Positions 39,000 through 50,081 of a DNA stretch of 64,000 nt are shown in pieces. The notes below the pieces were generated by a model. The model was not told where the DNA came from. It did not search any database and was given only the letters and a program-made list of their open reading frames with translations. A program made the translations under genes and the position numbers. The DNA comes from Mobula hypostoma (Eukaryota), in contig NC_086097.1 of the NCBI RefSeq assembly GCF_963921235.1, positions 54,872,001 through 54,936,000 on the forward strand. Direction: 5' to 3'. The stretch's first letter is position 1, and the number at the start of each line of letters is the position of its first letter.

Positions 39000-41760
39000 A
39001 TTCAGAATCTGAATCAGGTTTAATGTCACTGGCATATGTATTGAGATATGTTGTTTTGCAGCAGCAGTACAATGCAGTACATAATTAAGAAGCTATAAAT
39101 TGCAATAAGAAATGTATATTAAAATTTTAATTAAGTAGTGCAGAAAGAGAGCAAAATAAAAGGAAAAAAAAGCGAGGTAGTATAACTGGGTTCATTGCCC
39201 ATTCAGAAAGTTGTGGGAAAGAGAATGGGTGTGTCTTCAGGCTCCTGTATCTCCTCCTTGATGGCAGAAATGAGAAGAGAGTGTGCCGTGAGTGATAAGG
39301 GTCCTTCATGATGGATGCCGCCTTTTTGAGGCGTTATCTTTTGAAGATGGCCTTGATGCTGGGGAAGCTAGTGGCCGTGATGAAGCTGGCTGAGCTTGTA
39401 ACTTTCTGCAGCTTTTTCTGATCCTTGCAGTTTCCCTTCCATACCAGACAGTAATGCAACTAGTTAAAATGCTCTCCGCGATGCATCTGTGAAAGTTGCT
39501 ACAGTCTCTGGTGACATACTAAGTCTCCTCAAACTCTTAATGAAATATAGCAGTTGTCGTGCCTTCTTTGTAATTCCATCAATACATTGGGCCCAGGATA
39601 GATCGGCAGAGATGTTGACACCCAGGAACTTGAAACTGCTGACTCTTTCCACTGCTGATCCCTCAAGGAGTACTGGTGTGTGTTCTCTTGAATTCCCCCC
39701 TCTGAAGTCCACAATCAATTCCATGGTCTTACTGACTTTGTATGCAAGGTAGTTGTTGGAACACCACACAACTAACCTCACTCCTCTTCACTGTCTAAAA
39801 TTCTCCCAACAATAGTTGTCATTGGCAAATTTATAGAAGCTGTTTGAGCTGTGTGTTTTTGCACAGTGATGGTTGTTATCGAGAGCAGAGTAGTGGGCTT
39901 AGCGCGCATCCTTGAAGCTTGCCCATGTTGATGGTCAGTTATTTCCGATCCGCACTGACTGTTCTCCTGATGAGGAAGTCAAGGATCCATTTACAGAGGG
40001 AGAAACGGAGGTCCAGGCTTTGGAGCTTGTTGATTAGTACTGACAGTATGATGGTGTTAAACACTGACCTGTAACCAATAAACGGCAGCCTGATGTGGGT
40101 ATTACTGCTGTCCAGGTGGTCCAAGGCCGAGTGGAGAGCCAGTGAGATTGCATCTGCTGTAGACCTGTTGCAATAGACAAAACTGTACTGAATCCAGGTC
40201 CTTGCTTAGGCAGGAATTGATTCTGGTCATCACCAACCTCTCAAATTTCTTCATCTCAGTAGATATTCACCACTGGACAATAGTCGTTGAGGCAGCTCAC
40301 CCTGTTCTGCTTGGGCCCTGTTATAATTGTTGCCCTTTTGAAACAGCTGGGAACCTCTGACTGCAGCAGTGAGAGGTTGAAGATGTGCTTGAAGACTCGG
40401 GCCAGTTGGTTGGCACAGGTTTTCAGTGCCCCACAAGCTACACCATCAGGTTCTGACACCTTGTGAGGGTTCACCCTCTTGAAAGATGTTCTGACATTGG
40501 CCTCCGAGACAGGGATCACAGGGTCAACAGATGCCGCAGGGATTCACACAGGTGTACTTGTATTCTCCCTTCCAAAGCATGCATGAAGGGCATTGAGCTC
40601 ATCTGGGAGTGAAGCATCACAGCCATTCATGATGTTAGGTTTCGCCATGGAGAAAGTAATGGCCTGTAAACCCTGCCAGAGGCTGACGTGCATCCAATTC
40701 CATCTCTAACTTCAATTGGAATTCTTAAAATAGCCCTCCCAAGGTGTTCCTGGACTTGTTGCATTGTTGTGGACCACCAGTCTTAAATGCCACTGATCTA
40801 GCATTCAGCAGACTACGTATCTTCTGGTTCATCCATGGCTTTTAGTTTGGGTATGTCTGGTATGTTTTCAAAGGCACACACTCATCCACAGAGGTGTTGA
40901 TGAAGTCAGTGACAATTGTGGCATACTCATTCAGATTCAAAGATGAATCCCTGAGTGTTGTCCAGTCCACCAACTCAGAGCAGTCCTGTCAGCACTCCTC
41001 GCCTCCCCTGACCATGCCTCCTTGGTCCTCACCATTGGTGCTGCAGTCTTTGGTCTCTGCCTGGTCACCAGGAGTAGCAGTACAGCCAGGTTATCAGATT
41101 TTCCACAGTGCAGTCGTAGGAGGCACAGTAAGTGTTCTTGATGGTGGTATAGCAGTGGTCAAGTGTGTGTTGGCACCTGTGGTTCCACAGGTGATATGTT
41201 GGTGGTTGGCTGTCTGAGACTTTTTCTGGTTGAGATGCCAGGAATGATGGGGAAAAACATCGGGGTGCGCCGTTTCGTGACCGCTGATCATGGTGATCAG
41301 CTCCTCCAGTTCCTTGGCCGGGGTGGAATGTACACCGCTACCAGGATGATGGCAGAAAACTCCCTCGGCAGATAGAATGGACACGTTCCAGGTCGTGTAA
41401 GCAGGAATGAGACAGAACTGCCAAGTTTGTGCAACACAATGAATTAATCATGAAGCATACTCTCCCTCCTCTACCTGTAAAAGCTCAGCATTTCTGTCTC
41501 TGTGGTGGATGGCAAAGTCCTTGGACTGCAGTGCTGTGTTCAAAATGGTGGGGGCGAGCCATGTTTCTAACACAGAAGTCCCTCATGTCCTTCAGGTGTT
41601 CCAATCTTGTTCTGAGGTCTCCAGAGACTGTACATTTGCAAGCAGAATAGTGCAGAGTGGGGGTTCGGGAGTTCTGCATTACAATTGTACTTGCTTTCCT
41701 CTCTTCCCTTTTCTTAAAGGGGAACTGCACTCGTAACCTGATTTTGCTGTCCGGGGTCCG
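39000..41760 (-). mobile_element. Long degenerate Rex1/Babar-type LINE (endonuclease plus RT)
   Basis: Collinear minus ORFs 41094-41384, 40256-40519 (RVNPHKVSEPDG..LKTCANQLA..SLLQSEVPSCFK), 39939-40124 and 39464-39781. Confidence 0.85.
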
Positions 41761-43562
41761 CCTATTTTAAGGATGAATAATTGCTTACTGAAGTACATAG
41801 TGCACAGTGTTGCTTACTGTGGATTTCAGCTGCAGTCATCCTAAACGGGAATATTTGATGATTCCCTTTCGAGCTGCGTGCAAAGCATTATCGCTGCCAT
41901 TTTGTAATAATATTCCTTGCTCATTCGAGTACCTGTCCAGATGCTTCTTAAATATTATTATTGTTCCTGCCGCTACCATTTCCTCTGGCAGTTCTTTCCA
42001 GAAAATAACTACTCTCTGTGTAAAGAACATTTATGGAGATATTCAACACCTCCCTTATGCAGTCTGAGGTTCCTATCTCTTCAAAAAGGCATCCATTGTA
42101 CAGGTACCCAAGAACAGCATGGGGATCTATCCCAATGACTTCTGTCTAGTAGTGATTACAATAACTGAAATGAAGTGCTTTGAGAGATTGACTATGATGG
42201 AAATTAGTTCCTGTATCTCAGAGATGATCTGGATCCACGTCAATTTGCCTATCCCCACAACAGGTCAAGAGCAGATGTGATCTCTTTGCTCGTCACTCTG
42301 CTCTGGTTCATCCAGATAACTGGAATGTAGTATTTCAAGAATAGCTACTTCTAGTCAACCATTCCATTCTTGAAACAACTGCCACAAGCATGATTACTAG
42401 AGTTTAGCAACACTATGACCACTTTGATCCACCGGGAGGAGCACAGCAGGTCAGATGACATCCATGGAGATAACATCTTCGTTTTCGTGTGCCTCCTCAG
42501 CCGATGATGGCAAGCATGCTGTACGCCTTCAGGACGGCCTCTGTTTTCAGAGAAATGTGTACTTCTACGCCATGGTCTCTCTGCTCAACAACTTTCCTCA
42601 GTGCTCTGCTATTTCCTGTAAATGCCCTGGCCTGGTTTAAATTTCCAAATGCATCACCTTGTCCAAGTTAAATTCCATCTGCCATTTTGCCCACTTTCCT
42701 GGTTGACATAATTGCACTGTAACCTTGGACAACCTTCTTCACTGTCTACTGTATCACCAATTTTGTTGTCACATGCAAACTTGGTAATCCTGCTATTTAC
42801 ACTCTCATTCAAATCATTAACACATAAGGCAGACAACAATGGACTCAGCACCAATCCCTGTGGCATGTAAATGGTCACTGACCTCCAATCTGGAAAAACA
42901 GCTCCCTCCAACCACCTTCTGCCTCTTACCACCAAGCCAGTTTTGGATCCAGTTTTGCTAACCTGCCCTGGATTCTAACCTCTGGGTCAGCCTTGCACAG
43001 GGTCTGAGATGCAGAGTGAAGATAACAATCAGCAGGCTTGAGAGACTGAAGGAGTTACTCATTCTTTTTCTTCTTCTACTGGGGCATAGGCTGCCAGCTT
43101 CCACTTTCACAACACAACTTCATACGTCTTCTAGAAGAAGATTCCTCTTGTCCCAGAGATGAGGTCTTTGGAGCTTCTGCTGGGTGTTTCTGTAGCTCTG
43201 GGTTTTATGGGATGGGGTTGCAAGCACCCTCCTTTCACAGTTGGTTTTGGGACTGTCCATGGCAGAGGTGCCTGCTCCTAATTTATGCTAGTAGGCGTGA
43301 CTGTTACACAGCTCCAGTAAGCAGTGTTATCTGAGTTAGACTGTAAGACCATAAGACTAAGGGGCAGAATTAGGACATTTACCCCATGGAGCCCTGGTCC
43401 CAACATATCAATGTGGTTATAAAGAAGGCAAGACAGCGGCTATACTTCATTAGGAGTTGAAGAGATTTGGCATGTCAACAAATACACTCAAAAACTTCTA
43501 TAGGTGTACCGTGGAGAGCATTCTGACAGGCTGCATCACTGTCTGGTATGGGGGGGGGGGTG

Positions 43563-45382
43563 CAGGGCTGGATTTAGTGGAGTCGGGGCCTTCATGGGCC
43601 CCTGCCGACACCATAAGATGCTGCTGTACCAAGCAAAAAAAAAGCAAGAACAAGAGCAAAGGTCGTACTGGTCTAAATATCAAAGCTGTGGACCAAGATA
43701 TTGGTTTAGTACAGTACGTAGGCTATAAACTTACAGACCTTGAGGGAGGACAGAAAGTAATGCAGATTCTTAGTTTGAAGGACAGCATCTAAAGCACTCA
43801 AAAATTGACCTAGGCTTAGTTGGCTTAGTAAAGTTATGAGGGAGACGAAGTATGATGTACCCAATCTTAAATCTTCATTTAGCTATTGCTGCACATACCA
43901 TAGGCCTTATTTCTCAAACAATGCCAAAGCATTTTTATCCAGGTATTTTTCTCAACCGTGTGTTCTGAGGAAGTAAAATGGAAATGAGAGACAAAAAGGC
44001 CAAGAGAGATGGCACTATGGCAAACCAGGAATCTTGACAATACTCCAACAATCTTTTTGAAAAATGAGATCTAGCACATACTAACCTATTGCTGTACTGT
44101 GTGGCTTGCAGAGTAAAGACCATTTATTACTTACTAAGTTTGTAAACAGTCAACTACTATCCTATTGCCACAAAAACAGGAACAGCACTGACACACAAGC
44201 CTAGATATTTACAAAGTCAGATGCTTGTTTTTCAAAATTAAAGCCTAGTTCTTCTGGCTTTCTTCACAGCAAGGTCCTTGATCAAATCACTAAAATCCAA
44301 TTTCCGAACAAAATCACTTTCAAGTGACGTCAGAGTAAGTTGACTCAGCCTGTCCTGTCCCATTGTGGATCTGAGCCTATGTAGTTGCCATTATCAGGCC
44401 TGCCAAGTATGTCACTGGAGCCTCAAATAGCCAGTCCCCTCTCGACCAAAAACTTCACAGCCACCAACACTCTTCTCAATACGTCGGTCCAGTAGACACA
44501 CTCTGACTAGAACTGTTTTTGCAGTTCTGTATCTATTCTTCCGCTGTCAGATGCTAGTGTAACGTAGGTCAGTATCGTTTTCCTGCGGTGTTTGCTATTT
44601 TCATGCTCTCCTATGCGCTCAGCGGCATGTTTCCAGTCGCTAAAGCCAGTTTCGAAGATGGACTGACAATTACCATCACTGAAGATGTGGCATGCAAAAC
44701 AAAACACACAGCTGGTGGAAGGGGAATACAAGAGCCATTGCCTTGATATGTACTCACCATTTACGAGCTTGCGTTTGAAGTGAAATTTGGGAAAAAAAAC
44801 GTCTGCTGTTTGTATACTCGTTCCAAAGTTTTGATATCTGCATCCTTATTCTGGCAGGACTCCGGCCCTTTCTGAGCCCAGTATGCTCGGACTGAATCAT
44901 CTAACGTTTCCTTTCCCCAGCGAGCAGGATCAGTGCTGTAAGGATCCTCAGCAGCGGTAACGTTATCATTAATGGCGACCCGACTTGGTTGTTCAGAAGC
45001 CTCTGTGGTCGGGAATCCCAAAGTCATGCTCTCTGCCTCTTCAACGTTAGCTGACTGTGGCAAGGACGGTGGTCCTGTGCTAATGCTGGTGCTAGCGCTA
45101 GCTGTTGAACAAGTCTCCATTTGTCCACCGGTCTCAGATTGTGACAAGAGCGATGGTACTGCTGCATCATCGAGAACAGGTTTAAAAAAATTCTGTCAAT
45201 TTTGATGTCTTTTTTAATGCTTCTTTCTCATGGCCCTCTTTTTCTTGTTTCTTCTTTCTTTTCTGTGCTCCACTGTCACATTTTTTTTGTCTGCCATGAT
45301 GATAGCTACCTATTTTGGGCCCCTCTGCAGCTCAGGCCCCTGGGCCACAGCCCAGCCTAGCCCTGCCTAAAGTCCGGCCCTG
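43563..45382 (-). mobile_element. Internally deleted hAT transposon (TTF-type zinc finger and hATC remnants) inserted in a Rex1-type LINE
   Basis: TIRs CAGGGCTGGATTTAG and (reverse complement) CAGGGCCGGACTTTAG. ORF 44507-44731 reads YSPSTSCVFCFAC..F...GFSDWKH..ERIGEHENSK. LRSTMGQDRLSQL..LESD at about 44320-44376. The host LINE (43390-43560) resumes at about 45400. The TSD is obscured by G-runs. Confidence 0.85.
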
Positions 45383-46387
45383 GGCGTGGGGGGTGGGGGG
45401 AGGGCTACTGCACAGGACTGAAAGAAGCTGCAGAGGGTTGTAAATCTAGTCACCTCCATCTTGGGCACTAGCCTATAAAGTACCCAGGGCACCTTTAGGG
45501 AGCGGTATCTCGGAAAGGCAGCGTCCATTATTAAGGACCTCCAGCACCCAGGGCATGCCCTTTTTTCATCAGGTAGGAGGAACAGAAGCCTGAAGGCACA
45601 AACTCAGTGATTCAGGAACAGCTTCTTCCCCTCTGCTATCTGATTCTTAAATGGACATTGAACTCTTGGATGCTCCCTCACTTTTTTTTGAATATACAAT
45701 GTTCCTGTATTTTTGCATGTTTTAAAAAATCTATTCAATATACGTATACTGTAATTGATTTATTTATTGTTATTTTTCTTCTATATTATGTATTGCATTG
45801 AAGTGCTGCTGCTAAGTTAACATATTTCACGTCACATGGCGGTGAGAATAAACCTGATTCGGAATCTGCTCCAACATTCCATCATGGCAGATCCCAGATC
45901 CTACTTAACCCCATACACCTGCCTTCTCGCCATAACCTTTGATCAGGAAACTATCAACTTCCGCCTTAAATATACACATGGACTTGGCCTCCACCGCAGT
46001 CTGTGGCAGAGTTCTGGTGCTTTTTTTGTGTGGAGTTTGCATGTTCTTCCTGCAACCAACTGGATTTTCTTGCAATACCTTGTTTTTCCTCCCACAGTCA
46101 ACAAGATAAATTAAGTAACCACTGTAAATTGCCTCATGATTGTGAGTGGTAGGAGAATTGGTAGGCCAGTTTATCTGAGAGAGGATAGGTTATACTATAA
46201 CCGTTTTAGGGAAATAAGTAGAATTAAATGAATAGGATTGTCTGAGAGGCAGCATAGATTTAGTGAGCCAAATAGCCTTCTACTTCATTTGAAGATATGC
46301 AAACATACCTCAAGTTGAATGACTTGCTTACTGGTGCACATAAAATAGAAAGCAAAACAACTTTTTATTCACCTTTTCTTTTCATAG

Positions 46388-46559
46388 GTTTACCATTGAT
46401 GTTTTCTCCGGCCAGAATATTGTTTTCCATTTTAACGTTCGCTTCAGGGAAGGTGGCAATCATCAGGCTATTGTTCGAAATAGCAAGATCAATAATGTTT
46501 GGGGTAATGAGGAAAGAGCTATACCAAATTTTCCATTCAGGAAAGGAGAACATTTTGAA
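46388..46559 (+). CDS. lgals3: Galectin-3 coding exon 5 (carbohydrate-binding core)
   Basis: CTTTTCTTTTCATAG acceptor; FTIDVFSGQNIVFHFNVRFREGGNHQAIVRNSKINNVWGNEERAIPNFPFRKGEHFE; GTAAGT donor at 46560. Contains the galectin signature H-x-N-x-R...N...W-x-x-E-x-R. 172 nt, phase 2/0. Confidence 0.97.
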
Positions 46560-47435
46560 GTAAGTAGAATATACTATGTATCTTCCTCTTCTATGGACGA
46601 TTAGTTTCTTTCCCCCCCCCCAAAAAAAAATATTGTGGCATGCTAATAGGAAAATACTTTTTAAAAACTTTTAAAATTATTTGATTTTAACTAATTAAAA
46701 ATGGTTAAAATGATTTGATGCTTTGGATATGGAAAATTCCCATTCTCACAGATCCATGTCTTCCTGAGCAACCTTGATCAGCAGTTTCCTGGGTAGAAAG
46801 CTGATGCATAATCACAGCAGGTTGCTGGCAGGATTCCTGAAGTGAGCATGAAGAAGGGTTTCTACTGACTTGGTAATGTGGCATGGGCACCAAGAAAATG
46901 GAGCGATGCAGGACGGAGGCCTTGTTTAGGGCCTAAGAATAAGCAGAAAGGCTGATGTGTTGTCCTGTGCATCCGTTTACCACCACACATTGGAAATCTG
47001 AACCCAATGGAGCTGACTGTAAATATTATGAAGTACTTAATATAACAGATTTTAGTGCCTCTGTCATCTATTTAACTGGTCAGTTGCTTTTAATACAACA
47101 TAGTTGTATTTTTGAGGCATCATACGTCTGCTTGATAGTCTTGTATTTTGCCAGTGTTTGACGCAGGTAAGAAGAAAATTCGTGCTTGGGGACATATTCA
47201 TATTGGGTCTGGGTACACAACTCCCTCAAGGTCCTCTAATACTGTTTCCCATTTCATAGCCTTCAATGATGTTGCCCTGTTATTTGAATATGATTGTGGC
47301 TAATATCTACAAAACCCTGACATTCTTTTGCTCTGTGATGGGTCCTGGTTTCTTTTCATGATTGGTTACTTTGTCCCTCTCATTTACACATGCAGATAAT
47401 GTGTCTTCAACAGACACAAATGATAGTTTCCTTCA

Positions 47436-48820
47436 TCTATATACTACTAGAACTCTCATGTTCCGTCTGTTTGTGACCTCCAGTTAGCGCAAATGGTGCA
47501 TTACAGCACTTTTTTTGGCTAAATTGAATTTAAATGCGCTAACTTACAGAATGCAGGCAAAGTTCAGGGTTATATATTCGTATAAAGTTGCTCATTCTCC
47601 ATAAATCAACAGGCTGGTTTTCACTCGAGACCCGATCGGCCATCATAGAAATCGGGACGCGACAGCCGGACACATGCATGGCCAGCCTCAGCAGCCACAC
47701 CTACTGGAGCAAAAGGGTAGGGCAGCTCTATTTCAAGGGGACACATTCTGCTAATCACCATCAGCATGTGCAGGATTGGGACAGATCTAACTGCCACCCA
47801 TCAATAAGAGATAATTAAATCTTATTGTAATGACGTACTTAGAGACACCCATAAAACCCTTTGCTGCAGTCAAAGGACAGCGGTGACTATATCACGTCCA
47901 TTTAGGAGAGCGCCAACCACATCATCAAGAATAATCAGCATCCTGGAGGCTTTGGTGTTACTGCTTCGTATCTTCTATCCAGCATTAGGGTAAAAAAAAA
48001 TGGTCAGCCTAATTATGCCGCGTGAACAAGGAAGGGGGACATTATGGTCAAGAGATGACGCCAAACGTCGTCGGGAAGCGGCAAGGAGAGGGGAGAGAAC
48101 AAGAATCGGATGAGGACAGGGCCGCACGACTCCAGGATCAAAGAGTCAGGACAAAAAAAGATGAGAGAAGAGGAGACAGGAGGAGAGGCATGCATGTCTC
48201 CAAGATCAGAGATAAGCAACAAACAGCAGAAGAGATGAAGAGACGGGGGATGAAAGGACTGCACGTCTCCAGAATAACAACAAGAGGCTCAAGGGTGGCA
48301 GATAAAACAGAAATGATGCCATCGAAAGTGTCCTTCGTTAAACAAGGAGGAGTTATATTTGCTTTGCTATGCATCGTTCTTCTTTAATAAACTGGGGTTT
48401 TCTACTTAAGTTTCCAAAGCAAAGCGATAATAATAGCATTCAGGAAAATTTAATGTTCATTCTGGTCACATCAGACTGCACTACCAAGAGGGAGGGATGG
48501 GCCTCCTGTCCCATGATCCTCTCATATCCCCTTTGCCAATCACCTGTCCAACGCTTGGCTCCATCCCTCCTCCTCCTGTCTTCTCCTATCATTTTGGATC
48601 TCCCCCTCCCCCTCCCACTTTCATATCTCTTAATAGCTCTTCCTTCAGTTAGTCCTGACAAAGGGTCTCGGCCTGAAACATCAACTGCACCTCTTCCTAG
48701 AGATGCTGCCTGGCCTGCTGCGTTCACCAGTAACTTTGATGTGTGTTGCTTGAATTTCCAGCATCTACAGAATTCCTGTTGTTTGCGAACTATGTGAACA
48801 CCTGGGTACATTAAGTAGGG
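47436..48820 (+). mobile_element. Probable non-autonomous Helitron
   Basis: Starts A|TCTATATACTACTA. Charged N-terminal remnant MPRE...AKRRREAARR/GREQESDEDRAARLQDQRVR at about 48015-48150 resembles RepHel N-termini. The 3' CTRR end is not clean. Confidence 0.5.
48502..48787 (+). mobile_element. Penelope-type element 3' fragment with a decayed hammerhead core
   Basis: Pyrimidine-rich tract, then TTAGTC-CTGACAA-AGGGTCTCGGCCT-GAAACATCAACT (48649-48686), ending CAGAATTCCTGTTGTTTGCG. Confidence 0.75.
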
Positions 48821-49485
48821 TGAAATGTCAAAGTTCTTTCCATCCTATCTGCTATAAAATACACGCAAAATGTTATTGAAATATTTTTCTAATTGATATA
48901 GGGGGCTTGTGAAGTCCTCATCCCAACCTTAATGAGCGTTACCTATGCATACTCTTCTCTCACAAAGCCACTTAGATGTTAATCCGAGAGCATGCTTGTA
49001 TTTGACGTCTGCCAGAAATACATAGAGCAGGTAAAATGTGACATGAGCAGAAATGCTAATTAGATACAACCACAAACGTTTTGACACAGCATGCTGTACC
49101 CAAAACCCTCTTAATCTCAGAGCTGAGCACATGCTGAACATAATGAAAGGCCAGTCACACTGTTATTAGATAGAGGGCTCTTCAGCCAGGTTTGTTATGT
49201 TCTACACATTTTTGTTGTGGAGTTATTTTTTGTTTTAGAAGCTGTGCAGGGGCTGGTGAAGCAAGTGATGAACTGTTTTTCTTTTGTTGACCTTGGGGCT
49301 TTTGTAACACTGACACAAGAAACTGCAGACACAGGGACAAGGATCAATAAGAAAAAGCTGCTTGAAGAATTCAGCAGGCCAGGCAGCATCTGTGGAGGCA
49401 AAGGGATAGTTGATACTTTGATCTAAGATGTTGGCTATTGCTTTGCCTCCTCAGATGCTATCTGACCTGCTGACTTCCTTCAATA

Positions 49486-49648
49486 AAGAACACACATAAA
49501 AGTTGCTGGTGAATGCAGCAGGCCAGGCAGCATCTCTAGGAAGAGGTGCAGTCGACATTTCAGGCCGAGACCCTTCGTCAGGACTAATACCAGCAACTTT
49601 TATGTGTGTGTTGCTTGAATTTCCAGCATCTGCAGAATTCCTGTTGTT
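49486..49648. mobile_element. Short Penelope-type insertion with an inverted hammerhead segment and 15-bp TSD
   Basis: TSD TGACTTCCTTCAATA at 49471-49485 and 49649-49663. Minus-strand AGTC-CTGACGA-AGGGTCTCGGCCT-GAAATGTC-GACT (49550-49585) is joined to a plus-strand 3' terminus. Confidence 0.85.
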
Positions 49649-49691
49649 TGACTTCCTTCAATAGCTTGTTTTTGCCTCTAAAAACAACACT

Positions 49692-49863
49692 TGCTGTATT
49701 GAAAAGGGATTCCTTCTTAAAGTTGTACATTTAGAGCAGGGGTCTCCAACCTTTTTTGACACATGGACCCTTGCTTAAAGGTATAGGTTCATGTGTGAAA
49801 AAAGGTTGGAGACCCCTGCTCTAAATGTACAATTTTAAGAGGGAATCCTCTTTCAATACAGCA
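49692..49863. repeat. 172-bp foldback palindrome centred on hAT-Charlie-like TIRs
   Basis: Arms 49692-49769 and 49786-49863 are 78 bp with 6 mismatches. Inner CAGGGGTCTCCAACC TIR-like motifs start at 49737 and end at 49818. Confidence 0.92.
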
Positions 49864-50081
49864 GGTCTAAGGCAAATGAACAGAGGCCACTCACTTTAGT
49901 ACAAGCTCCTGGAAGAGAGAAGAAAAAGTTCTGGGAAGATGGAGTAACACTCTAATCTCATCATTAGAGATAATAGATTAAGATGTCTGCATTCAACTGA
50001 AAAGTAGCCACTGAAGGCAGCACGAACACTAACCTCAATAGGCAGGTTCTTCAGGGACTAGCAGTCTGTTGTCTGCAGATA

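Noticed and set aside
44507..45147. ZMYM1-like zinc-finger host gene
   Set aside because: It is enclosed by hAT TIRs, frameshifted and internally deleted, so it is a transposase remnant.
46297..46563. ORF-track proteins overlapping exon 5 (88 aa plus, 62 aa minus), and 58246-58482 minus
   Set aside because: Wrong frame or strand. The true galectin frame lacks its own ATG and is absent from the track.
48649..48686. Active hammerhead ribozyme in this copy, and in those near 52068 and 56320
   Set aside because: The core is mutated (CTGACAA instead of CTGANGA) and helix I is disrupted by CpG-type decay, so self-cleavage is unlikely.
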